Assembly (NCBI GenBank): GCA_021836035.1
Contig: JAKBJL010000003.1
Location: 68,135-132,134 of the forward strand
Direction of reading: 5' to 3'
Length of the DNA: 64,000 nucleotides
Origin: a bacterium
GTDB taxonomy: Bacteria; Patescibacteriota; Microgenomatia; JAMCZE01
Shown: positions 10,146 through 20,077 of the stretch, one piece after another
Position numbering within the stretch: the stretch's first letter is position 1
Layout of the letters: every line of letters starts with the position of its first letter
Translations under genes and position numbers: made by a program
Notes under the pieces: generated by a model
What the model was told of the DNA's origin: nothing
Seen by the model: only the letters and a program-made list of their open reading frames with translations
Database searches by the model: none

Positions 10146-10296
10146 AAACCCTTACCAAGAGAAATATTAGTCAGGGGCAAGAGGAACAGAGCATTTTGCG
10201 GGTTGACCTATTGCAGATTGATAAACGCCCATGTTACATTAGCTCCCAGTAAATAGAAAGTGTATTTGCTTGTATTAGCGTATATTCGCTAAATAG

Positions 10297-12006
10297 ATGA
10301 AATTTATCTTTGTTTCCGGGGGTGTAATCTCCGGTTTAGGAAAAGGCATAATAACTTCTTCTCTCTCGTTGCTTCTCAAAGATTTGGGTTTTAAAGTCGC
10401 CCCGGTAAAAATTGATATGTACCTGAATATGGACGCAGGGACATTGCGGCCCCAGGAACATGGGGAGACCTTTGTTCTAAAAAGCGGTTTAGAAACCGAT
10501 CAGGACATGGGTAATTACGAAAGGTTTCTGGGGGAGGATTTGCCCCGGGAGAACTATATTACCACCGGCCAAATCTATGCCGAAGTTATCCGTAAAGAGC
10601 GGAGTTTTGAATACGGGGGAACAACGGTGGAGGCTATCCCGCATTTAACAGACGAGGTAATGCGCCGCATCAAAAGCGCCGGTGAAGCGATGAAGGCGGA
10701 TATCGTGATTGTGGAATTAGGCGGAACGATTACTCTGCAGGAAATCCAAAACCGGATTTTTATTGAAGCCGCGCGGATTATGAAATTAAAAAACCCCGGA
10801 GATGTTATTCATATCCATGTCAGTTACTTGCCATTTGTTAAAAGCGTGGGGGAATTAAAAAGTAAACCCGCGCAGACCAGCGTTTACATTTTAAATTCTA
10901 TGGGCATCCAGCCGGATTTTGTTTTTGCCCGTTCCGAAATTCCGCTGGATAAAAAACGGGCGGAAAAAGTAGCCCTGTTTTGTAATATTTTTCCTGAGGA
11001 TTTAATTTTATCCCCGGATTTACCCTCTATTTATGAAGTGCCGTTGCTTTTCGACCAGCAACATGCGGCAGAAAAAATCTGCCAGAAATTAAATCTTAAA
11101 CCTGAAACGAAAGGCAAAGTTATGCCGGAATGGTCTAGAATGGTTTCCGGGATTAATAAGGCGGAGAAAGAGGTAACCATTGCGGTCGCCGGCAAATATT
11201 ATAAAGTCGGAGATTTTCATCTCGCTGATTCTTATGTGTCCGTAGTGGAAGCCCTAAAACATGCAGCCGCGCAATTAGGGTTAAAAATTAACCTGAGATG
11301 GGTAGATACCGAGGAGCTAACGGAGGACGGAAACACGGCGGAAAAATTATTTGCCAAAATATCTGGATTAATTGTTCCGCAGGGCTGGGGCAACAGGGGT
11401 GTTGAAGGAAAAATTAAAGCAGTGCAATATGCCCGGGAAAACAAAATCCCTTACCTGGGCTTATGTTTCGGGATGCAGATGGCCGTTATTGAATTTGCCC
11501 GGAATGTGGCCGGACTGAAAAAAGCAAATAGTCAGGAGGTTGATCCCAAGACTTCACAGCCGGTTATTCATATTATGAAGGACCAGGAAAAATATTTAGC
11601 AAAAAGGCAATACGGCGGAACCATAAGACTGGGACAGTGGCCAACAAAAATTTTCAATAAACTCAGAATTGTCCCGAGCAAAGTCGAAGGACAAATTTCG
11701 AATTTCAATGAATGTTATAACAAATATAAGAATTTCTGTGGCGGATATTACAAAAACGGAGTTATTATGGAACGTCACCGGCACCGCTATGAATTTAATC
11801 CTAAATATCGGAAATTAATGGAAAGGAAAGGTTTAAGGGTGGTAGGAATATCGCCTGATGGAAAATTAATAGAAGCAATTGAACTTCCGGACCATCCTTT
11901 TTTTGTCGGGACGCAGTATCATCCTGAGTTACAATCACGCCCGCTTAACCCCCATCCGTTATTTTTGGGATTTTTAGAAGCGGCATCCAAGCAAGAAAAC
12001 CGGTGA
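10297..12006 (+). CDS. pyrG: CTP synthase
   Basis: FVSGGVISGLGKG, ETDQDMGNYERF, LGLCFGMQ, ERHRHRYE, QYHPE. Confidence 0.97.
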   Translation: MKFIFVSGGVISGLGKGIITSSLSLLLKDLGFKVAPVKIDMYLNMDAGTLRPQEHGETFVLKSGLETDQDMGNYERFLGEDLPRENYITTGQIYAEVIRKERSFEYGGTTVEAIPHLTDEVMRRIKSAGEAMKADIVIVELGGTITLQEIQNRIFIEAARIMKLKNPGDVIHIHVSYLPFVKSVGELKSKPAQTSVYILNSMGIQPDFVFARSEIPLDKKRAEKVALFCNIFPEDLILSPDLPSIYEVPLLFDQQHAAEKICQKLNLKPETKGKVMPEWSRMVSGINKAEKEVTIAVAGKYYKVGDFHLADSYVSVVEALKHAAAQLGLKINLRWVDTEELTEDGNTAEKLFAKISGLIVPQGWGNRGVEGKIKAVQYARENKIPYLGLCFGMQMAVIEFARNVAGLKKANSQEVDPKTSQPVIHIMKDQEKYLAKRQYGGTIRLGQWPTKIFNKLRIVPSKVEGQISNFNECYNKYKNFCGGYYKNGVIMERHRHRYEFNPKYRKLMERKGLRVVGISPDGKLIEAIELPDHPFFVGTQYHPELQSRPLNPHPLFLGFLEAASKQENR

Positions 12007-12428
12007 AAGTAAACATAAAAAGATTTGAAAAAGATTTACCTCTGCCGGAATATAAAACTTCCGGAGCCGCAGGATTTGATTTATATAGCCGGGAAAATAT
12101 TAATCTTAAGTCCGGGGAAACGGTGTTAATTCCAAGCAATCTCGTGATTAAAATTCCCCGGGGTTATTTTTTATTAATCCTCGGACGCAGTTCCACTCCG
12201 ATAAAATTCGGATTATTCGTATTTCCGGGAGTAGTCGATCCCGATTACTGTGGCGAGGAAGACGAAATAAAAATATCCGTTTATAATTTATCCTGTAAAC
12301 GGGTAGAGATTGCCGCGGGAACCCGAATCGCGCAGGGAATTTTTGTAAAGATTTCTAAACCGCGATTTGCCGAAACTGCTAAAATGAGCCGTAAATCCCG
12401 CGGGGGGTTCGGATCAACAGGACATTAA
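12003..12428 (+). CDS. dut: dUTPase (trimeric)
   Basis: AAGFDL, GRSS, GVVDPDYCG, RIAQG, SRGGFGSTG. Confidence 0.95.
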   Translation: MKVNIKRFEKDLPLPEYKTSGAAGFDLYSRENINLKSGETVLIPSNLVIKIPRGYFLLILGRSSTPIKFGLFVFPGVVDPDYCGEEDEIKISVYNLSCKRVEIAAGTRIAQGIFVKISKPRFAETAKMSRKSRGGFGSTGH

Positions 12429-12430
12429 GT

Positions 12431-14248
12431 ATGGAAATTCCTAAAAGAATTTATCAGGAAAATAACCGACCGTTCAAAATTCCTTTCGAGGAGGATTTAT
12501 CGCGGTATGCCCCAGAATATACCCCGGAAGTTTATACCAAAGAAGAAAGGCGCTTCGCCAACCCGTTTTTTAGCAATCTTGACCGCCCCGCTTACATGAT
12601 TTATCTGCTACCGGAAGAAGTTATCGGAGCCGTTTGTTCCCGGGATAGTCGTTCCGAAAAAGACCTACGGAAAACCTTTATAGCGGAATACGTAATACCG
12701 GTAGTTTACCCGGAAAAGCAAAAGAATTGGGAAAATTTAACACGAGCAAAACAAGATCAAAAAATGCTTACCAAGCTTAAATTTATCCAATTTATTGATT
12801 TCTGGGATAGCCATGGCGGGATAGAAGGAATAGTTAATGACCAGAGAGCGGAAAACCTTTTTGATCAATGGGTCGGTATGTTTTCCGACGAATCTATTTT
12901 AGAACTGGGAAATATCCACTTGGGTTTACAGGGAATATCTAACGCGCTTTGGGAAGAAATTATTACCGTTAGATTAGCTAGCTACCTCGGAAAGTCTACT
13001 AGATATGTACCTTTTGATATCCCCGATGCTAGTGGACATTATCGGTACATTACTCCCGGGGAAATCCGGGGAACTAAAGACGAAAGCCGGTACCGTAGGG
13101 ATATGGACGAAATATTTAAATTTCACAATCGTATTTCACCTAAATACCTAGAATACATTTGCGAAAAATTCCCGCAGGGAGCTAATGAAAAAGACGGACC
13201 ATTTATCAAATCCCGAGGCGCAAAGCGGTTTGATGACTTACGGGATTTATTGGTGTTTGGGTCAGAGATTAATGTTGCCATAAATGCCAACGGAAGGTCG
13301 ATGGAAAGTATTGTTAATAAATTGTTAAGCAACGGATCGGGGGAAGCGAGGTGGTGGGGCCAAACTATTGTTCGGGAAATGGATAAGGTAGCACCGGCCT
13401 TTATTAAAAGGGCAAAAACCTCCCAAGGAGCAGAGGTGCAACATTACCGCTCTAATTTAGCCATTCTTAGGGAAGAACTTGCAGCGGAGATTTTTCCGGG
13501 GGAGACAAACGAAGCATCTGAACCCTACCATTGGGTGAGGTTAATTTCTTCAACTCCTCAAGCTGATGTGGAGGTCCTCTCCGCCTTTTTATTTTCCAGT
13601 CAAAAAAGGCTATCTCTTTTAGAGATCCGCGAGAAAGTGATCGCGATGGGAGATGATAAAAGAAAAGATTATCTGCGGCGCATTATAGAAGAAAGGAAAT
13701 CCGGACGACCGGATTTTGACCGGAAGCAAGACCGCTTTAAGAAGGTTCCCCGGGCTTGGGAAAATGCCCATTATCTTTTCGAAATTTGGGGTAGGGGAGG
13801 TGACTATCGTGATCTGCATCGCCATCGGATGCTGACCGAAGAGCGCCAACCGTTTACTACTAAATGGGGTCATGATTTGGAAAAAGAATTATTAGAATCG
13901 CCCTTTATGGACCAGGTCCAGCCACTTATAAAACTTTCCGCGGAATTACATCAAGAGCTGGCACGTAATTATGGTCCGAAGGCAGCAGAGTATCCTTTAT
14001 TATTTACTTTTATCCAGCATTGGTATATGCGGATTTCTGCTCGGGAATTACATTGGATTCCGGAGATAAGGACCAGTCCCCAGGCGAGGCCCCATTATAA
14101 AGAAATCGCCCAACAAATGGGAACTACGGCTATAAATAAGGATCCGGCTTTATTCCAGGGACTTATGATAGGATGGGATAATGACCGGATAGCGCGTAGA
14201 GAATCGGAGAAAAAAATCGCCGCCAAATTAGATAAGAAGCAACAATGA
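12431..14248 (+). CDS. thyX: flavin-dependent thymidylate synthase, two-domain (tandem ThyX) type
   Basis: FFSNLDRP..LPEEVIGA, RLASYLGKSTRYV, YRDLHRHRM, SARELHWIPEIRTSPQ; lies between dut and tmk. Confidence 0.85.
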   Translation: MEIPKRIYQENNRPFKIPFEEDLSRYAPEYTPEVYTKEERRFANPFFSNLDRPAYMIYLLPEEVIGAVCSRDSRSEKDLRKTFIAEYVIPVVYPEKQKNWENLTRAKQDQKMLTKLKFIQFIDFWDSHGGIEGIVNDQRAENLFDQWVGMFSDESILELGNIHLGLQGISNALWEEIITVRLASYLGKSTRYVPFDIPDASGHYRYITPGEIRGTKDESRYRRDMDEIFKFHNRISPKYLEYICEKFPQGANEKDGPFIKSRGAKRFDDLRDLLVFGSEINVAINANGRSMESIVNKLLSNGSGEARWWGQTIVREMDKVAPAFIKRAKTSQGAEVQHYRSNLAILREELAAEIFPGETNEASEPYHWVRLISSTPQADVEVLSAFLFSSQKRLSLLEIREKVIAMGDDKRKDYLRRIIEERKSGRPDFDRKQDRFKKVPRAWENAHYLFEIWGRGGDYRDLHRHRMLTEERQPFTTKWGHDLEKELLESPFMDQVQPLIKLSAELHQELARNYGPKAAEYPLLFTFIQHWYMRISARELHWIPEIRTSPQARPHYKEIAQQMGTTAINKDPALFQGLMIGWDNDRIARRESEKKIAAKLDKKQQ

Positions 14249-14892
14249 AAAGGAAAGGAATTTATATTGTTTTTGAGGGGATTGTCGGCTGCGGCAAAAC
14301 GACGCAGGTTAATCTTCTCGCGGATCTGTTACGGGTTAAATTTCCTCAAAGTGAAATTATTACCAACCGGGAACCAGGGGGTACTGAGATTGCTCGGGAA
14401 ATTCGTAAATTGGTGCAAGCAACAGATTTTAATGAGGAGATGGAACCCGTTTGTGAGCAATATTTATACGCTGCTTCCCGGGCGCAGTCTTTGCGGAAAG
14501 TTGTAGAACCGGCTTTAAAAAGAGGAGCGATCGTCATCTCCGACCGCTCTTTTTTTACCAGTTTGGTAAACCAGGGTTTCGGCCGGGGTTTGGGAATAGA
14601 AAAAGTCCTGGAAATAAATAAAAATGCGGTCGAAAATTTATGGCCGGATCTGGTTTTACTTATTGATATCGATATTAAAACTTCGCTTTCCCGGATTAAA
14701 GATCACGATGGGGATAAATTCGAAAAATATGATGAAAAATTTTATCACAAAGTACACCACGGTTATCGGGTTATAACCAAAAAATATCCCCGGTTAGTCA
14801 AGGTAATTGACGGGCGCGGAAATATTAATCGGGTTCACAGGCGAATTGGCGATTATGTAACAAAGTACTTGAGTAGCCGATTGCGCATTTAA
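14245..14892 (+). CDS. tmk: thymidylate kinase
   Basis: FEGIVGCGKTTQ, REPGGT, LYAASRAQ, ISDR. Confidence 0.96.
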   Translation: MKRKGIYIVFEGIVGCGKTTQVNLLADLLRVKFPQSEIITNREPGGTEIAREIRKLVQATDFNEEMEPVCEQYLYAASRAQSLRKVVEPALKRGAIVISDRSFFTSLVNQGFGRGLGIEKVLEINKNAVENLWPDLVLLIDIDIKTSLSRIKDHDGDKFEKYDEKFYHKVHHGYRVITKKYPRLVKVIDGRGNINRVHRRIGDYVTKYLSSRLRI

Positions 14893-14989
14893 ATTGGGTG
14901 CCACAACCCCGTTTGCAAGGAGAGGTCTTACAAAGGCTGTTAATATAATCCGTGTACGATAGGTCTTTCCGTGATAAAATTGCTTCAGG

Positions 14990-16321
14990 ATGAAAAATCT
15001 AAAGACAGAGGACCGGGAAATTGCGGACTTAATTGTCGGGGAAGAAATCAGACAACGAGAGGTATTGGAAATGGTCCCCTCGGAAAATTATACTTCCCCG
15101 GCTGTCCGGGAAGCGGTCGGGAGCATATTGATGGATAAATATGCCGAGGGTTTACCGGGTAAAAGGTATTATCAGGGGAACAGGATTATTGACGAGATAG
15201 AAAACCTGGCGGTAGCGAGGTTTAAAAAACTTTTCGGTGTCCCTTATATTAATGTCCAACCCTATTCTGGAAGTCCAGCCAATAGCGCGGTATATTTTGC
15301 CCTCCTGAACCCTGGAGAAAAAATCATGGGCCTGGCTCTTGCTTCCGGAGGGCACTTAACCCACGGCCATCCTCGGGTTACTTTCTCCGGGAAATATTTT
15401 TCTTCTGTCCAATATGCGGTTGAGGATAACGGTTGGATTGATTACGGGAAACTGGAAAAACTGGTAGCGGCCGAAAAACCGCAAATTATAGTTTGCGGAA
15501 CGACTGCTTATCCGCGGTTTCTGGATTTTGCCAAGTTCAGTAAAATTGGTCATGCTGTCGGTGCTTATGTCCTGGCGGATATTTCCCACCTTGCCGGCCT
15601 GATTATTGCCGGAGTACATCCCAGCCCGGTTCCGTTTGCGGACATAGTGATGACAACCACTCATAAAACTTTGCGCGGGCCCCGGGGCGCGGTCATAATG
15701 GTTACGGAAACCGGCTTGAGAAAAGATCCGGAATTAGGTGAAAAAATTGACAAAGCTGTTTTCCCCGGGCTGCAGGGCGGTCCGCATGAGAATATCATCG
15801 CCGGGATAGCCGTTTGCGCTAAAGAAGCGTCAAACCCCGAATTTAAAAAATACGGGGAGCAGGTAGTCCAAAATGCCAAGGCTTTGGCGGAAAATTTGCT
15901 ATCTTCTGGTTTGGAATTGGTTTCCGGTGGAACGGATAACCATCTGATGGTTATCGATTTACGTAAAAAGAAACTTTTGGGAAATGTCGCGGCGGCTGCT
16001 TTGGAAGAAGCGGGGATAGTGACCAATAAAAACGCCGTTCCCGGCGATCCTTTACCGCCGTTTTATGCTTCCGGAATTCGTTTGGGAACACCGGCTATAA
16101 CTTCCCGCGGTATGAAGGAAGGGGAGATGAAAATCATCAGCCGGTGGGTAGGTGAAGTGATTAACTTTTTAGTGCCTTACCCGGATCTTGCCGTCGTGCA
16201 GACTAAGGAAAGCCGGTCGGCATATTCCCAAAAAGCCCTGGACGGGATAAAATTCAACCGGAGGTTAAAAGAAATCTCCGGGGAGGTAAAAAACCTCTGC
16301 CAAAAATTTCCGGTCAATTAA
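14990..16321 (+). CDS. glyA: serine hydroxymethyltransferase
   Basis: PSENY, KYAEGLPGKRYY, GGHLTHG, TTTHKTLRGPRG (PLP lysine), SGIRLGTPA. Confidence 0.97.
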   Translation: MKNLKTEDREIADLIVGEEIRQREVLEMVPSENYTSPAVREAVGSILMDKYAEGLPGKRYYQGNRIIDEIENLAVARFKKLFGVPYINVQPYSGSPANSAVYFALLNPGEKIMGLALASGGHLTHGHPRVTFSGKYFSSVQYAVEDNGWIDYGKLEKLVAAEKPQIIVCGTTAYPRFLDFAKFSKIGHAVGAYVLADISHLAGLIIAGVHPSPVPFADIVMTTTHKTLRGPRGAVIMVTETGLRKDPELGEKIDKAVFPGLQGGPHENIIAGIAVCAKEASNPEFKKYGEQVVQNAKALAENLLSSGLELVSGGTDNHLMVIDLRKKKLLGNVAAAALEEAGIVTNKNAVPGDPLPPFYASGIRLGTPAITSRGMKEGEMKIISRWVGEVINFLVPYPDLAVVQTKESRSAYSQKALDGIKFNRRLKEISGEVKNLCQKFPVN

Positions 16322-16327
16322 TTATTT

Positions 16328-16702
16328 ATGCGGTCAATTGCCAGAGAGTTAGAAGGTTCGGGGTCGGCTATTGCGCAAGCCGGCAGGGATGTCTTTGTAG
16401 AAAAGAAGCTACGACGTTTGGTAGATAAGGCTCCGAGAATAAAACTATTTTTTGAAGAGCGCAGGGATGCCTGTGAAGAAATTTACCAGATGAAACTTGA
16501 ACGGGGCGACGTGATTCAACTTACCTTTAATAAAGTAGATGCTCCTTTGGAAATTCGCGAGAAAATTGTTTCTTCCATAGATCCAGATGGAAATGTACAC
16601 TTTGTCGGCGGGGGAATGACCACGGCGCATCAATTATTACAGTGTTCTCCTCTTAAGGTAGGAAAGAAGCAATTGCCACCACTAAGGATTAAACGTTTTT
16701 AA
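16328..16702 (+). CDS. hypothetical protein
   Basis: 124-aa ORF filling the glyA-folD gap with 6-8 nt spacers. Confidence 0.65.
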   Translation: MRSIARELEGSGSAIAQAGRDVFVEKKLRRLVDKAPRIKLFFEERRDACEEIYQMKLERGDVIQLTFNKVDAPLEIREKIVSSIDPDGNVHFVGGGMTTAHQLLQCSPLKVGKKQLPPLRIKRF

Positions 16703-16710
16703 AATAAATT

Positions 16711-17625
16711 ATGCTGATTGATGGTGCTGCGATTGCCGCGGAGAGAGAAAAAAAGGTCAAACTCTGGACCGCGGAAATGCGGTTTTATAAAACGGCTCCG
16801 AAATTTGCCGCGATTTTGGTCGGGAATGATCCGGCCTCTGAGCTTTATCTGCAGCGGAAAGATGCGCAAGCCCGGGAGGTAGATATTGAGATGGTCTCCG
16901 TCCAAATGCCGTCCGGAGCAAGCATAGAACAGGTAATCGCCCAGATAAGACAATATAATGCTGATCCTTCCGTTTACGGTATTTTGGTACAGTTGCCTTT
17001 TCCTTCTGGCTCACCGCCGGACCAGGCTCGCCGGAAAATACTTGACGAAATTGACCCGGCTAAAGATATAGATTGTCTGACTTCCGTGAATATCGGTGCT
17101 TTGACTTCCGGTCAGCCCCGCTTTTTTCCGGCGACAGTAAAAGCAGTATTGACGGCAATCAACGCCGGAATGGGTAATGGGGCACAGATGGTCGACTGGA
17201 AGCAGGTTAACGGCCGATGGCTGTCAGGAAAAACCGCGGTAGTCATCGGGCAATCGGAAATTGTGGGTAAGCCGCTGGCGGTTGCTTTGATGAATATGGG
17301 AGCAACAGTGGTTTCTGCTAATGAGTGGACACAAGAGTTGAAGAGTTTAACCCGGACTGGTGATATATTAATTTCCGCAGCAGGAGTAGCAGGGCTAGTC
17401 AAAAGCGATATGGTTAAATTGGAGGCGATGGTCATCGATGTAGGTATGAACCGGACCGAAAGGGGAGTAGCGGTAGGAGATGTCGATTTCGCTGCTGTTT
17501 CTAATATCGCTTCGGCAATTACTCCGGTACCGGGAGGAGTAGGACCATTAACAGTGATATCTCTGATGGAGAACGTCATCGAGGCGGTAAGAAATGCGCA
17601 ATCTACAATAGCTAATAAGAAATAA
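16711..17625 (+). CDS. folD: bifunctional methylene-THF dehydrogenase/cyclohydrolase
   Basis: GILVQLP, PAKDIDCL, GQSEIVGKPLA, VIDVG, ITPVPGGVGPLTV. Confidence 0.96.
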   Translation: MLIDGAAIAAEREKKVKLWTAEMRFYKTAPKFAAILVGNDPASELYLQRKDAQAREVDIEMVSVQMPSGASIEQVIAQIRQYNADPSVYGILVQLPFPSGSPPDQARRKILDEIDPAKDIDCLTSVNIGALTSGQPRFFPATVKAVLTAINAGMGNGAQMVDWKQVNGRWLSGKTAVVIGQSEIVGKPLAVALMNMGATVVSANEWTQELKSLTRTGDILISAAGVAGLVKSDMVKLEAMVIDVGMNRTERGVAVGDVDFAAVSNIASAITPVPGGVGPLTVISLMENVIEAVRNAQSTIANKK

Positions 17626-17653
17626 CGGATGGTTAACAAGTTGGTTATTAAGA

Positions 17654-17767
17654 TTGCTCATTCCCCGTTGTTTATTGTATAATCGGCCTATTACACACAT
17701 CTAAAGCAAAAATCCCTGAAGACTCGGAATCTTCCGGCTTTAGATGGCGGATAAAGGGATTTTACCT
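17654..17767 (+). promoter_or_regulatory. rpsB promoter and structured leader (t44/S2-leader-like pseudoknot)
   Basis: TTGCTC-N18-TATAAT; ACACAC followed by stem CATCTAAAGC/GCTTTAGATG whose loop AAAATCCCT is complementary to downstream AGGGATTTT. Confidence 0.75.
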
Positions 17768-18496
17768 ATGAAAAATATTGCCTTAAAAGATTTACTGGAG
17801 GCCGGATGTCATTTTGGTCACCAGTCTAACCGTTGGCATCCTAAGGCCGTTTCCTATATTTTTGACGAGCGGGACGGTGTTCATATTATTGATCTGGCTA
17901 AAACCAAAGCGGGGTTAATCACGGCGGGGGAGTACCTGGCCGATTTAGCAAAGAATGACGGTAAAATTATTTTTGTAGGTGTGAAGCGTCAGGCAAAAGC
18001 GGTAGTCACCGAAGCCGCTAAAAAAGCCGGAGTTTATTTTGTGACTGAACGCTGGCCCGGCGGGCTGCTGACAAATTTTTCCGTGATGAAAAGGAACCTG
18101 GCCCGGATTGAAGAATTAAAAGCTAGATCGACAGATACGAGTTATACTAAAAAGGAGCGCCTCCTGGCAAACCGGGATATGGAAAAGTTACTCCGGGTTT
18201 ATGAGGGGTTGGTCGGTTTAGACAGTTTGCCCAATGCCGTTTACCTGGTTGACATAAAAAAAATGGAGGGTGCCGCCCGGGAAGCAAAGGCCACCGGGGT
18301 AAAAATGGTTGCGATTACCGATACCAATGCGGATCCAACGGATATTGATTACCAGATTCCGGCTAATGACGATGCGGTAGGGAGTATTAAAATTATCACG
18401 GATTATCTGGCTGATTGTTGGTTGGAAGGAAAGGGAAAAAATAAAGACAATAAAAATAATAAAATTAATAAAGAAAATGAAGCCCATCACAGTTGA
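17768..18496 (+). CDS. rpsB: 30S ribosomal protein S2
   Basis: LLEAGCHFGHQ..RWHPK, HIIDL, ERWPGGLLTNF, IPANDDA. Confidence 0.97.
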   Translation: MKNIALKDLLEAGCHFGHQSNRWHPKAVSYIFDERDGVHIIDLAKTKAGLITAGEYLADLAKNDGKIIFVGVKRQAKAVVTEAAKKAGVYFVTERWPGGLLTNFSVMKRNLARIEELKARSTDTSYTKKERLLANRDMEKLLRVYEGLVGLDSLPNAVYLVDIKKMEGAAREAKATGVKMVAITDTNADPTDIDYQIPANDDAVGSIKIITDYLADCWLEGKGKNKDNKNNKINKENEAHHS

Positions 18497-18932
18497 TGAT
18501 ATTAAGGAATTGCGCGAAAAGACGGGGGCGGGAATTGCCGACTGTCGGGAAGCGCTGGAAGCCAGCAAAGGCAGTGTGGTGAAAGCAGCAGAATATCTGA
18601 AAAAGAAGGGAATTGAGAAAGCGGAAAAAAAGTCAGAGCGGGAAACTGGACAGGGCAAAGTGTTTGCTTATATCCATGCAACCGGAAAAATTGGGGTCGT
18701 TCTTTCCCTGCTTTGCGAAACGGATTTTGTGGCGCGGACAGAGGATTTTACTAACCTTGGTAAAGAAGTTTGTCTGCAGATCGCTTCCATGAAACCGAAA
18801 AATGTTGCGGAGTTGCTATCCCAGGAATATATTCGTGATCCGCAAACGACAATCGGTGATATGATAAAAGAAGTAATCGGAAAATTAGGGGAAAATATTA
18901 AAGTCGGAGAGTTCAGTAGAATTCAAATTTAG
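18477..18932 (+). CDS. tsf: elongation factor Ts (short form)
   Basis: IKELREKTGAGIADC, LLCETDFVA, KLGENIKV. Confidence 0.95.
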   Translation: MKPITVDDIKELREKTGAGIADCREALEASKGSVVKAAEYLKKKGIEKAEKKSERETGQGKVFAYIHATGKIGVVLSLLCETDFVARTEDFTNLGKEVCLQIASMKPKNVAELLSQEYIRDPQTTIGDMIKEVIGKLGENIKVGEFSRIQI

Positions 18933-19014
18933 CGGATAGCGGAAAGCGTTTAGCGTATAGATCAAAAATTTAGTGTTTTCTTTACGCTTTACGCTATACG
19001 CTTTACGCTATACC
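18930..19014. repeat. inverted pair of 7-nt tandem microrepeat arrays
   Basis: TAGCGGA TAGCGGA AAGCGTT TAGCGTA ... TACGCTT TACGCTA TACGCTT TACGCTA. Confidence 0.85.
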
Positions 19015-19015
19015 A

Positions 19016-19558
19016 TTGGACGAAATTATTTCTTCAACATCCGCAAAGTTCCAAAAGGTTCTTCAGGTAGTGCAGGACGATTTAGCCACCATTAGGACCG
19101 GGAAGGCCAATACTGCCATCCTGGAGAATCTTTTAGTAGAAGCTTATGGTTCGCGAATGAAATTGGTGGAGCTGGCAACCCTGGTGGCAACTGACCCGAC
19201 GACACTAGTGGTTACTCCATTTGATATTACGAACGTAAGTGCGATAGCAAAAGCAATTGAAACTGCCAACTTGGGCCTTTCCGTTATTGTCGAAGATACT
19301 AAGATCAGAGTTTTAGTTCCGCAGCTATCGGCGGAACGTAGACAGGAATATGTTAAGCTGGCTAAGGTGAAAGTGGAGGGCGGTAAAATTATGTTGCGGC
19401 AGACGCGGCATGAAGCGATGGAAGAAGTAGAAAAAGCGGGGGCCGATGATGATACTAAGGTCAGATGGGAAAAAGAGATCCAGCAATTAACCGATAAAAT
19501 GGCCGCGGAACTTGATCTGCTAGCTTCTAAGAAAGAAACGGAATTGTTAAATATTTAA
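19016..19558 (+). CDS. frr: ribosome recycling factor
   Basis: LATIRTGKAN, VEAYG, PQLSAERRQEYVK; TTG start. Confidence 0.95.
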   Translation: MDEIISSTSAKFQKVLQVVQDDLATIRTGKANTAILENLLVEAYGSRMKLVELATLVATDPTTLVVTPFDITNVSAIAKAIETANLGLSVIVEDTKIRVLVPQLSAERRQEYVKLAKVKVEGGKIMLRQTRHEAMEEVEKAGADDDTKVRWEKEIQQLTDKMAAELDLLASKKETELLNI

Positions 19559-19635
19559 TTATACTTGTTGCCTTTGGCTCGCTAGTCGATATTGACAATA
19601 CTTCCCCAAAAGTCCTATTCTGATATAGAAGACCG

Positions 19636-20031
19636 ATGCTTTCACAAAAAGGTTTTATTCCACTCGGTGGGTTGATGTTATTGTTGGTGATTGCCATCGG
19701 TATTTTGGCGGGGACCCTGCTGATTAAGCAGGGAACGGATTTTGTTAACCACGCTGATGAAATTCTCCCCGTAGAGCTTCCTTTTCCCAAAGGTAGTAGT
19801 TATTGCATACCGCGGCCTCCGTGCTTGGATGACGAGAACCCCTGTAAACTGATGGGCAATTTTCATAATTGGTGTCCTAAAAAGCCGCGGGTAACCCCGG
19901 CTCCGGGGGTTTCGGGCGTGCCCTCACTTTTTCCTTCACCGAGCTGCCGGCAGCGTCCGGCTTGTCTGGATGCCCATCCGCCGTGTGAGATTCCCGAGCC
20001 GATCGGCGGTTGGTGTCCTCCCGTATTCTAA
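19636..20031 (+). CDS. pilin-leader-like membrane protein with two Cys-rich repeats
   Basis: QKGF followed by a hydrophobic helix; two CxxRPxCLDxxxPC...WCP units. Confidence 0.7.
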   Translation: MLSQKGFIPLGGLMLLLVIAIGILAGTLLIKQGTDFVNHADEILPVELPFPKGSSYCIPRPPCLDDENPCKLMGNFHNWCPKKPRVTPAPGVSGVPSLFPSPSCRQRPACLDAHPPCEIPEPIGGWCPPVF

Positions 20032-20077
20032 CCTCTCTGTAGACGAATTTGCCCCGGATTTGTTAGAATCAAAGCGT

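Noticed and set aside
18930-19014. Tandem repeats as a CRISPR array
   Set aside because: Units are 7-9 nt with no unique spacers, and there are no cas genes in the window.
17768-19558. Missing pyrH and short EF-Ts as a novelty
   Set aside because: Expected for reduced CPR-type genomes.
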